Assembly: GCA_964555185.1 (NCBI GenBank)
Contig: CAZKRD010000002.1
Coordinates: 21,646-85,645 of the forward strand
Direction of reading: 5' to 3'
Origin: an uncultured Candidatus Saccharibacteria bacterium
GTDB taxonomy: Bacteria > Patescibacteriota > JAQUNI01
DNA length: 64,000 bases
This document shows positions 37,505-45,631 of the stretch, piece by piece. Below the pieces are notes generated by a model. It was not told where the DNA came from, searched no databases, and saw only the letters and a list, made by a program, of their open reading frames with translations. The translations under genes were made by a program, and so were the position numbers. How positions within the stretch are numbered: the first letter of the stretch is position 1; the number at the start of each line of letters is the position of its first letter.

Positions 37505-38212
37505 TCACGACCCGTTAATTTTTCCTAAGGGATAATATTTTTTCAATTTTTCTAAAAACTTTAAGGTTTCCGGAGGTTTTAAGCGCCAATTATTAGGACA
37601 GGGTGATAGGATTTCAAGAAAACTAAAACCTTTGTTTTTGATTTGCCACTGCAAGGCGGTCTTCATTAGTTGATCGAGTTCTTTTGGTTCTGTGGCCATG
37701 CCCCGGGCGACAAAGGCATGGGGGTTAATGTTTTTAACCATCTCCGGTCCTTTGAGATAATATTCTTTGTGACCATAGGGCGTGGTTTCAGTGATCTGAC
37801 CCGGCATGGTCGTCGGTGCCTGCTGGCCGCCAGTCATTGCGTAATTAGCATTATTGATCAAGATAACCGTGATTTTGTCGTTGCGGACAGCAGAATTAAC
37901 CAAATGCTGGGCGCCAATCGCGTAGCCCCCGCCATCACCCATATAGCCGATCATAATTTTTTCTGGCTGAGCCATCTTCAGCCCGACCATCACCGGCGTG
38001 GTTCGGCCGTGATGGGTTTGGATTGTATCGATATCAAAAAAATCCCAAGCCAAAAGCGAACAGCCGATATCAACGCCAATAATTGTTTTGCTTTGAATTT
38101 TTAATTCATCAATAACATAACCCAAGCTACGTAAGGCCATTGCGTGACCACAGCCAGCGCAATAGCGATGGGGTTTAGTTTCGGATTTCCAACAAGTAGG
38201 AATAGAAGGCAT
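37505..38212 (-). CDS. 2-oxoacid:ferredoxin oxidoreductase beta (TPP-binding) subunit
   Basis: YCAGCGH, DIGC, HHGR, GDGG..NN, MTGGQ, SPCP. Confidence 0.92.
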   Translation of the reverse strand: MPSIPTCWKSETKPHRYCAGCGHAMALRSLGYVIDELKIQSKTIIGVDIGCSLLAWDFFDIDTIQTHHGRTTPVMVGLKMAQPEKIMIGYMGDGGGYAIGAQHLVNSAVRNDKITVILINNANYAMTGGQQAPTTMPGQITETTPYGHKEYYLKGPEMVKNINPHAFVARGMATEPKELDQLMKTALQWQIKNKGFSFLEILSPCPNNWRLKPPETLKFLEKLKKYYPLGKINGS

Positions 38213-38213
38213 A

Positions 38214-38331
38214 TAATTATCAATTTACCAATAACCCTGCTTTACTGGCAGGCAGGTAACCAAACCGTTTGGTTATTGGTTATTGAAATTTGTTTGTATC
38301 TTGTTTCTTGGTTATTGTTTCTTGGTTATTC
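38214..38331. repeat. Family A element with nested CCTGC..GGCAGGCAGG
   Basis: 32-bp exact inverted match to 9154-9185. Confidence 0.85.
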
Positions 38332-39414
38332 TTAAGAGATTATTTTCCTAATCTCCTCCGGCGTAAACCCCAACCCCGGCTTGCCACACTCTTCAATCGG
38401 CACGGTTAGGCCGTAGAGATTTTCTTTGACCATGCTTGCAAATTGGCCCAAGGAAGATTCTAAGATGTAGATTTTTTTAGCTTTTTGAGCACAGACCCGT
38501 GCCTGACTTATGGGAAAGGGATTTAGAGTAATCGGCCGGAAAAGGCCGCATTCTGAATTCGCTAAAGCCTGTTTGGCCGCTGCCGCAACAATACCAAAAG
38601 CAAAGACTAAGTTTTCTGCCTTTTCGCAGTTATAAGTTTCATACTGACTAACTTTAGAGGCGGCCGCGTCAAAGGCTTTTTTAATTTCTTGATTGACTGT
38701 AAAAATTTCTTCTTCTAGGTTATAGCAGTTTCTCAAGTTAACAAAATTATCTTTGATCACAAAACTGCCTCGGGGTTGGATTTGTTTGATTAAATCAGTG
38801 TCCTTACCTTCCCCTAAATAGGATTTGGCAGGAGTTAGCTTCACTTTTTTTGTTTTTGGATCCCAAATGTCCACTTCGCCTTGCATTTTAGCGAGATAGC
38901 CGTCGCCTAAAACAAAAGTGGGAAACCGTCGGCGCCAGGCAGTGTTAAAAGCGGCAATGGAGAGGTCATAGAGCTCTTGCAGGGTGGCGGGAGCATAGAC
39001 GATTCTTAATCCTTCACCATTGCCGCCATGGCAGGTTAGGTTTACTTCCTGTTGAGAGTAGATTACCGTGCCGGTGGAGGGGCCGCCTCTTTGCATAATG
39101 AAGGTTACGGTGGGCAGGCGCATTGCTTCCGCCATACTCATCGGGTCTTGGATCAAAATGTTGCCTGGGCCCGAGGTTGCGGTAAAACATTTTTTGCCTG
39201 CTAAAACCCCGCCGATTAGTCCAAAACCAGCGGCCATTTCGTCTTCTGCCTGCAGTAATTTGATTTTATCTTCTTTGTTTTTTTCGGAAATTTTTGCCCA
39301 CTCGCTCATTATTTCGGTAGTTGGTGTGATCGGATAGCCAAACATAATCTCGGCGCCTGCTGCAAGCGCTGCTTTGACAATAATTTCATTGCCGGTTAAA
39401 AGTTCTTTTGCCAT
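38332..39414 (-). CDS. 2-oxoacid:ferredoxin oxidoreductase alpha subunit
   Basis: GNE, GYPITPTTEI, QAEDE, TATSGPG, QRGGPSTG. Confidence 0.92.
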   Translation of the reverse strand: MAKELLTGNEIIVKAALAAGAEIMFGYPITPTTEIMSEWAKISEKNKEDKIKLLQAEDEMAAGFGLIGGVLAGKKCFTATSGPGNILIQDPMSMAEAMRLPTVTFIMQRGGPSTGTVIYSQQEVNLTCHGGNGEGLRIVYAPATLQELYDLSIAAFNTAWRRRFPTFVLGDGYLAKMQGEVDIWDPKTKKVKLTPAKSYLGEGKDTDLIKQIQPRGSFVIKDNFVNLRNCYNLEEEIFTVNQEIKKAFDAAASKVSQYETYNCEKAENLVFAFGIVAAAAKQALANSECGLFRPITLNPFPISQARVCAQKAKKIYILESSLGQFASMVKENLYGLTVPIEECGKPGLGFTPEEIRKIIS

Positions 39415-39430
39415 TTTGGATTATATTTCA

Positions 39431-39557
39431 AATTTCAAGCTTGCTTATAATTCGCAGCGAGGAGAAAGTGAAATTCCTTTTCACTTTATCCGAACAAGAA
39501 TTTCAAACTTGTTTATAATTCGCATTTTCACCGAACAAAAATTTCAAACTTGTTTAT
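39431..39557. repeat. Three imperfect direct repeats ATTTCAAACTTGTTTAT(AATTCGCA)
   Basis: Copies at about 39432, 39500 and 39541; the last forms the ackA 3' end. Confidence 0.7.
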
Positions 39558-40565
39558 TTCTCTGGCAATCATTTTTTCTTCATCGGTTTTTATCGCCATC
39601 ACTTTTACATCTTTTAGTATCTTCTCTAGGCCCTCACAAATACTATCCCGTGTTAGGGCCTCGCCTGCTCCGATTTGACCAGTGAAGACTAGCGCGTCAA
39701 TTCCTCCCAAGACCGCGAAATAGGCGCCAATGTATTTTTGGATTCGATAGACATAAAGATTAAAAGCCAGTTTTGCCTTGGGAGCTTTCCTCCGTACTGC
39801 TTTTAAGAGATTAAGATAGTTGATATAACCAGAAAGTCCTTTAATTCCACTCTTTTGGTTTAATAGATTGTCCACTTCTTCTCGAGAATGGTTTTTTAAT
39901 AAATAGAGGATTATTCCAGGGTCAAGATCTCCGGCCCTGGTCATCATCATAAGACCCTCAAGAGGAGTAAAACCCATACTGGTATCGATTGCTTTGCCGT
40001 GTTTGATTGCCGCAATACTGCCGCCGCCGCCAAGATGAACAGTGATCAACCTTGTTTTTTCAATTGGTTTCTGGAGTTTTTTCGCTGCTTCTAAAGCGAC
40101 ATATTTATGAGAGAGGCCATGGAAACCATATCGTTGGATTTTTTCTTTTTTATAAAAATTCAGGGGCAAGCCGTAAATTTTGGCTCTATCTGGCAGGTCA
40201 GAGAAAAAAGCAGTGTCAAAACAGGCGATATTAAGCATCTGGGGCAGATATTTTTGGCAGGCGCGGATTCCGGAAATATTAGCCGGATTATGCAAGGGCG
40301 CCAGATGATTAAATTGCTCTAATTTTTTTAAGACAGTTTCTGTGATTTTTGTCGGTTTGCGAAAATAAGGCCCGCCGTGGACAACGCGGTGGCCGATTAC
40401 TTGAATGTCGCGCAGATCTCCGATCTTGCGCAAGGTTTGTTTTAAGGCTTGTTTGTGGCTTTCAATATTTTGGAAATTCCCCTCTTTAATTACCGCAAGC
40501 GAGCCTGAATCGAATAGTTTATACTTTAGGGAAGTACTGCCGGCATTGATTACTAAAATTTTCAT
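39528..40565 (-). CDS. ackA: Acetate/propionate kinase
   Basis: LVINAGSTSLK, GHRVVHGG, LAPLHNP, RYGFHG, DTSMGFTPLEGL. Confidence 0.95.
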   Translation of the reverse strand: MKILVINAGSTSLKYKLFDSGSLAVIKEGNFQNIESHKQALKQTLRKIGDLRDIQVIGHRVVHGGPYFRKPTKITETVLKKLEQFNHLAPLHNPANISGIRACQKYLPQMLNIACFDTAFFSDLPDRAKIYGLPLNFYKKEKIQRYGFHGLSHKYVALEAAKKLQKPIEKTRLITVHLGGGGSIAAIKHGKAIDTSMGFTPLEGLMMMTRAGDLDPGIILYLLKNHSREEVDNLLNQKSGIKGLSGYINYLNLLKAVRRKAPKAKLAFNLYVYRIQKYIGAYFAVLGGIDALVFTGQIGAGEALTRDSICEGLEKILKDVKVMAIKTDEEKMIAREINKFEIFVR

Positions 40566-40604
40566 TAAAAATTAAACAAAAAATAAAAATCAAGAAATAA
40601 GAAT

Positions 40605-41174
40605 TCAAATCATAATTTTTCCTTTACATTCCTTATCAACTCCTGCCGCATTCCCTTCATCCGTATCAATGTGCACGGTAGCGTGAAATTTCTGATCAAT
40701 CCGGACGATTACCTGTTTAAAAATTAAACCTCTTTCTTCGGCAATGCGGACCGAAATTGCTTGACCTTGTTTTAAGCCCAATTCTTCGGCTTCTTTTTTT
40801 GAAACGTGAAGGTGACGTTTGGCAATGATCATTCCCTGTTTAAGATTAACCACTCCGGCTGGTCCAATCAGAGTACAGCCTTGCGAGTGATCAATATCTC
40901 CGGAGATCCTTAAAGGGATAAGAGCTTTTAAAAACCGCGCGTCTGTTTGAGAAACCTCAATCTGGGTGTAAGGACGCAGAGGACCGATCACGCGGACATT
41001 TTTAATCTCCTTTTCTCCGATTTTAAGATCAATTGTTTCCTCGCAGGCAAATAGATTGGGCTGGGACAAGTTTTTGAATTTGGTTAATTTAAAATCAGGA
41101 CCAAAGAGTTTATCTTTGTCCTCTGAACACAAATGAATATGCCGCGCTGAAACTTCAACAAGAATTTTTTTCAT
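40605..41174 (-). CDS. pduL: PduL-type phosphate acyltransferase
   Basis: VSARHIHL, LSQP, QIEVSQTD, AKRHLH, HIDTDEGNAA. Confidence 0.93.
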   Translation of the reverse strand: MKKILVEVSARHIHLCSEDKDKLFGPDFKLTKFKNLSQPNLFACEETIDLKIGEKEIKNVRVIGPLRPYTQIEVSQTDARFLKALIPLRISGDIDHSQGCTLIGPAGVVNLKQGMIIAKRHLHVSKKEAEELGLKQGQAISVRIAEERGLIFKQVIVRIDQKFHATVHIDTDEGNAAGVDKECKGKIMI

Positions 41175-41206
41175 CTTAGAAATTAGTTTGAATTTTTAGC
41201 TCAATT

Positions 41207-41716
41207 TTAATATTCAAAACCTCCAATTACCCAGTCAAATTCAGTTTGCCAATTGCGGCCAGGGCAGCTCCAACCCGGACTATCAGGATGCGGCCGGCCG
41301 CTGGTTTCCATATCCCTTGCACCCAAAACAAAAAATTCACCCAAGGAAGCATCACAGCCAGCATATCCTGCCGGATAGACATAGTAACTGTAATATTGGC
41401 CGCCTGAATTGATCGGATCCACAGGCACAGTCGGCATATAGCCCTGGTCTTTTAAAAAATCAATAAAGTCTCCGCCGTCTTCATAGCTATGCTCCCAACT
41501 GCCATTACTTGAATTTTCTTCAGGGTATTCTTCGTTATCATCATAATACAATTCAAGCGCAGTCTGAATCTGTTTCATATCCGAGACCCTTTGGGCATCC
41601 CTTGCTTTTTTTCGGGCGCTGTTAACTGAAACTGCGATGATCGCAGCCAAGAGTCCAATGATCGCAATTACGACCAAGAGTTCAATAAGGGTAAATCCTT
41701 TTTTATTTTTGGCCAT
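41207..41716 (-). CDS. Type IV pilin / GspG-like pseudopilin
   Basis: MAKNKKG|FTLIELLVVIAIIGLL class III signal; ATG 41716 preferred over the ORF-track start. Confidence 0.9.
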   Translation of the reverse strand: MAKNKKGFTLIELLVVIAIIGLLAAIIAVSVNSARKKARDAQRVSDMKQIQTALELYYDDNEEYPEENSSNGSWEHSYEDGGDFIDFLKDQGYMPTVPVDPINSGGQYYSYYVYPAGYAGCDASLGEFFVLGARDMETSGRPHPDSPGWSCPGRNWQTEFDWVIGGFEY

Positions 41717-41739
41717 ATTTTTTGTTTTTAATTCAGGTT

Positions 41740-42369
41740 TTAGTTGCCGCCGGTGCAAACATAGGTACTGCTGCCACCCCACCAGTTGCCGCTGCCACCG
41801 CTGTATTTCTGTCTGCAATATCCGGGTTGAGGGCCCACCTCGTAGTAGCCGCCAGAGGTAGCACTGTTATAATAACCTCCGTCGCCAGTAACAAGGTCAA
41901 AATTAGAGCTGTGTTCCATCCGGGCCATTAAGCCGTAGGTCTGCCGGTTATCGGCATTATCGCAGTCGTAATAGAAGCGATAGCTATTTTGAAGCCCCAG
42001 AGGATCACGGGGCAGTTCAGGGAGATAAGAAGAAAGAGCTGCTTCAAGAACACACCAGTTATAGCCGCAGTTTGCGGTGGTAGTATAAGTATAAGACCCG
42101 GTATAGGGATATTCGTCATTATCATCATAATATAATTCCAGAGCAGTCTGAATTTGCTTTAAGGAAGCGATCCTTTGAGCGTCGCGGGCCTTTTTTCTTG
42201 AGGTGTTTACGGCAACAGCAATGATTGAAGCTAAAAGCCCAATCACCGCGATTACGACTAGAAGTTCGATTAGGGTGAACCCCATACCTTTTTTATGGAC
42301 TTTGGATTTTAGTTTTCCCGCACTACTAGAAAGGTGCGGGGTGAAGCTTTTTTGTTTTTGTCCCTGCAT
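41740..42369 (-). CDS. Type IV pilin-like protein, copy 1, with an extended leader
   Basis: G|FTLIELL motif; 22-codon insert in the leader. Confidence 0.9.
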   Translation of the reverse strand: MQGQKQKSFTPHLSSSAGKLKSKVHKKGMGFTLIELLVVIAVIGLLASIIAVAVNTSRKKARDAQRIASLKQIQTALELYYDDNDEYPYTGSYTYTTTANCGYNWCVLEAALSSYLPELPRDPLGLQNSYRFYYDCDNADNRQTYGLMARMEHSSNFDLVTGDGGYYNSATSGGYYEVGPQPGYCRQKYSGGSGNWWGGSSTYVCTGGN

Positions 42370-42407
42370 AAATTTTTTGTTTGTTTTTTTGAAACTTTGA
42401 AATCATC

Positions 42408-42974
42408 CTAGTTGCCGCTTCTGCAAACATAGGTACTGCCGCCACTCAACCAGTTGCCGCTGCTACCGCTGTATTTCTGTCTGCAATATCCGGGTTGAGG
42501 GCCCACCTCGTAGTAGCCGCCAGAGGTAGCACTGTTATAATAACCTCCGTCGCCAGTAACAAGGTCAAAATTAGAGCTGTGTTCCATCCGGGCCATTAAG
42601 CCGTAGGTCTGCCGGTTATCGGCATTATCGCAGTCGTAATAGAAGCGATAGCTATTTTGAAGCCCCAGAGGATCACGGGGCAGTTCAGGGAGATAAGAAG
42701 AAAGAGCTGCTTCAAGAACACACCAGTTATAGCCGCAGTTTGCGGTGGTAGTATAAGTATAAGACCCGGTATAGGGATATTCGTCATTATCATCATAATA
42801 TAATTCCAGAGCAGTCTGAATTTGCTTTAAGGAAGCGATCCTTTGAGCGTCGCGGGCCTTTTTTCTTGAGGTGTTTACGGCAACAGCAATGATTGAAGCT
42901 AAAAGCCCAATCACCGCGATTACGACTAGAAGTTCGATTAGGGTGAACCCTTTTTGTTTTTTGATTTTTGACAT
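42408..42974 (-). CDS. Type IV pilin-like protein, copy 2
   Basis: MSKIKKQKG|FTLIELL; 42465-42950 is identical to 41797-42282. Confidence 0.9.
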   Translation of the reverse strand: MSKIKKQKGFTLIELLVVIAVIGLLASIIAVAVNTSRKKARDAQRIASLKQIQTALELYYDDNDEYPYTGSYTYTTTANCGYNWCVLEAALSSYLPELPRDPLGLQNSYRFYYDCDNADNRQTYGLMARMEHSSNFDLVTGDGGYYNSATSGGYYEVGPQPGYCRQKYSGSSGNWLSGGSTYVCRSGN

Positions 42975-43012
42975 AAATTTGTCTTTGTTTTGATCTTTTT
43001 ATGATTTAAGTT

Positions 43013-43198
43013 TTAGGGCACAATTTTTCCCTCCTCTATTATTGGTATAATATCTGCGTAGGATCCGATCATTTGTTTGGGTTTGCGAAAGACCTCGTGG
43101 TAAATAATCAGGGCGACGATAACAACAAGGATATCCAGCAGGATCACTAGAGCCAGTTGAAAGTGATTAATTTTCGGGCATTTTTGTTTTTTTTTCAT
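43013..43198 (-). CDS. Small single-TM membrane protein
   Basis: Basic N-terminus plus hydrophobic helix; co-oriented between murD and the pilins. Confidence 0.55.
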   Translation of the reverse strand: MKKKQKCPKINHFQLALVILLDILVVIVALIIYHEVFRKPKQMIGSYADIIPIIEEGKIVP

Positions 43199-44615
43199 AG
43201 GTTTTTTGGTTTCGTTTTAATTTATATACAATTTTCTCAAATTGTTCTCCGCGGTCAAATTCATTTTGAAACATACCAAAACTGGCGCAAGCCGGGCTTA
43301 ATAGAATAATATCGTTATCATCAGCTTGCGAGCGGGCCCAAAGTACCGCTTCTCTCATCGATTTTACAGTCTTAATTGGCAACAAGCGGCAACTTCCTTT
43401 TCTTAGATATTTTTTAATTTCTTTTTTCAGTCTAGGGGTGGCATCGCCGTCTAGAAGGATCAGCGTTTTTACCTTTTTAATGATTGATTGGGCTAGCTTT
43501 GAAAAATCAAGGTTTTTATCCGCGCCGCCGGCAATTAAGATTATTGGTTTTTGAAATGAATCCAGGGCCGCGATCGTTGAGGTAGGCGTGGTTGAGGTTG
43601 TGTCATTATAATATTCTATTCCTTGAAATTTACGAGTGAGTTCCAGGCGCGAATCCAAACCCCTAAATTCTCTTAAGACCTTTTGGATTGAGGTCCGTTT
43701 GACACCATAAACCCAAGCCGTGGTTACGGCGGCTAAAATGTTTTCAAGATTATGGGTACCAGGCAGTTTAAGATTGTTTATTCCCGCCAGATCGTGCTCT
43801 AGATTCTTTGCCAAAAACATAATCCTTCCGTTTCGCAAAAAGCTTCCTTGTTTCATTTTTGCCTGTCTTGAGAACCAGTAGATTTTTTTAAGGTTCCGGG
43901 CAAAAGCCGGATTCCTTAAAATCGGGTTATCGTAGTTCATTATAACACAGTCTCCCTGTTTTTGGAATTTAAAGATGTTTTTTTTCGCTTCCGCGTATTT
44001 TTGCATATTCTGGTAGCGGTTGAGGTGATCCGGGAAGATATTGGTGATGCAGGCGATCCGGGGACTCCACTTCTGGGAGGCGAGACCTTCCAATTGCCAT
44101 GAGGATAATTCCAGAACCACTGGCGTGTCGGGCTTTATTTTCCCCAAGATTTCAAAGGGTGAGATCCGGATGTTGCCGGCGATTTGGGTATTTTTATTCT
44201 CTTGTTTTAGGATAAGGTAAATCAAAGTCGCGGTTGTGCTTTTCCCTTTAGTGCCGGTGATCCCGATGATATTGCGGGAAGGGCAGGTTTTAAAAAACAA
44301 CCCCAGATCAGTATCGATCGGGATTCTATTTTTGAGAGCAAGCTTAAGGTAACGCGAATCATCAGGTACGCTGGGATTTTTAATCACCAGATCGGTTTTT
44401 ACAAAATCAGCCTCCCGGTGTTTGCCTAAAACAAATTTGATCGGAAGACCTTTTAATTTTTCCAGAGAAGATTTTAACTCTTTTTTGTTTTTGAGATCAG
44501 TGACCGTAACCAAAGCTTTCTGTTTTACTAGATAGCGGGCAACCCCCGCTCCCCCGCCATGCAGACCTAGGCCTGCCACGGTCACTTTTTTATTTTTGAA
44601 ATTCAATTGATTCAT
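43167..44615 (-). CDS. murD: UDP-N-acetylmuramoyl-L-alanine--D-glutamate ligase
   Basis: GLGLHG, ITGTKGKSTT, ELSSWQL, DHLNRY, LLSPACASFGMF.N.F.RG. Confidence 0.96.
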   Translation of the reverse strand: MNQLNFKNKKVTVAGLGLHGGGAGVARYLVKQKALVTVTDLKNKKELKSSLEKLKGLPIKFVLGKHREADFVKTDLVIKNPSVPDDSRYLKLALKNRIPIDTDLGLFFKTCPSRNIIGITGTKGKSTTATLIYLILKQENKNTQIAGNIRISPFEILGKIKPDTPVVLELSSWQLEGLASQKWSPRIACITNIFPDHLNRYQNMQKYAEAKKNIFKFQKQGDCVIMNYDNPILRNPAFARNLKKIYWFSRQAKMKQGSFLRNGRIMFLAKNLEHDLAGINNLKLPGTHNLENILAAVTTAWVYGVKRTSIQKVLREFRGLDSRLELTRKFQGIEYYNDTTSTTPTSTIAALDSFQKPIILIAGGADKNLDFSKLAQSIIKKVKTLILLDGDATPRLKKEIKKYLRKGSCRLLPIKTVKSMREAVLWARSQADDNDIILLSPACASFGMFQNEFDRGEQFEKIVYKLKRNQKTYEKKTKMPEN

Positions 44616-44640
44616 AATGCATGATTTAAAATTTTACCCT

Positions 44641-44677
44641 TACTGGGTGACTACCCGGAATTGGTGGCATGAGTCAT
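44641..44677 (-). repeat. 37-bp repeat, inverted relative to 50289-50325 (35/37 identical)
   Basis: ATGACTCATGCCACCAATTCCGGGTAGTCACCCAGTA. Confidence 0.8.
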
Positions 44678-45625
44678 TTCTTCTTTGATATTATAAAATT
44701 GTTTTCGGCCAGAAGTATAGTAGAGCCGTGAAATCAGTTCCGCGATCAAGCCAAAAAAAATGAATTGAACACCAATAATACAGAAGATAGCGGAGATAAC
44801 CAGAACCGAGACATTACGCGCTGTTGAAGCACCAAAGCCATATTTGGCAATAAAGACGCCGGCAATGCCGATAAAACCTAAAAGATTTAAGAGTACGCCG
44901 AAGAGGCCGAAGACGCGGAACGGTGTTTTTGAATACTTAATCAGAAACCGAATCAGAATCAGATCCAAAGCCACCTTTAATATTTTAGTCAGCTTGTAAT
45001 GGGATTTGCCGCTTGTTCGCACTCGGATTTTAATTGGAATTTCCTTAATTTTAATCCCCTTGTAGTAAATTAGGGCGCCGGCAAAGCGGTGCAGTTCACC
45101 AGAGAGATCGAGATTTTTCAGAATATTTTTATGATAACCCTTCATTGTCGCACCGAAGTATTTCATCTTGACGCCAGTGATCTTGGCGATGATTTTATGG
45201 GCCTGGCGGGAAAGGAAGAATTTAAAACGGCTCCTTCCTTCGTCCCTGTCTTTCCAGCCGTCAACCACGTCAAATCCCGCGGAAATAGCGGCGACGAACT
45301 TGGGAATGTAGCGGGGATCATGCTGGCCGTCTCCGTCCATCGCGATCACGGCCTCGCCTTGGGCGCTTTTGAAGCCGGCGGAAAGAGCCGCGGTTTGTCC
45401 TTGATTGCCTAAGAGGGAAATAATCTTGAGATGCTTATCCTGACTCCAGAGCGATTTTAATATTTTCAAGGAATGATCCGTACTGCAGTCGTTGACATAA
45501 ATTATTTCGTAATTTTGATCAAGGCGGCCTAAGGTTCGTTTTAGTTCTTGATACAGGGGCTTGATGTTTTTTTCTTCGTTATAGATTGGGATCACAACGC
45601 TGACTTTTTGAATTTGATTAGGCAT
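44651..45625 (-). CDS. GT2 polyprenol-phosphate glycosyltransferase (ArnC/GtrB-like)
   Basis: SVVIPIYNEE, GQTAAL, MDGDGQHDP, GELHRF, two C-terminal TMs. Confidence 0.88.
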   Translation of the reverse strand: MPNQIQKVSVVIPIYNEEKNIKPLYQELKRTLGRLDQNYEIIYVNDCSTDHSLKILKSLWSQDKHLKIISLLGNQGQTAALSAGFKSAQGEAVIAMDGDGQHDPRYIPKFVAAISAGFDVVDGWKDRDEGRSRFKFFLSRQAHKIIAKITGVKMKYFGATMKGYHKNILKNLDLSGELHRFAGALIYYKGIKIKEIPIKIRVRTSGKSHYKLTKILKVALDLILIRFLIKYSKTPFRVFGLFGVLLNLLGFIGIAGVFIAKYGFGASTARNVSVLVISAIFCIIGVQFIFFGLIAELISRLYYTSGRKQFYNIKEEMTHATNSG

Positions 45626-45631
45626 AAGATA

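Noticed and set aside
39431-39557. Possible mini CRISPR array
   Set aside because: Only three imperfect repeats with unequal spacing, one inside ackA, and no cas genes in the window.
41717-41818. Long N-terminus of the third pilin in the ORF track
   Set aside because: It overlaps the upstream pilin in another frame; MAKNKKGFTL at 41716 is a normal class III leader.
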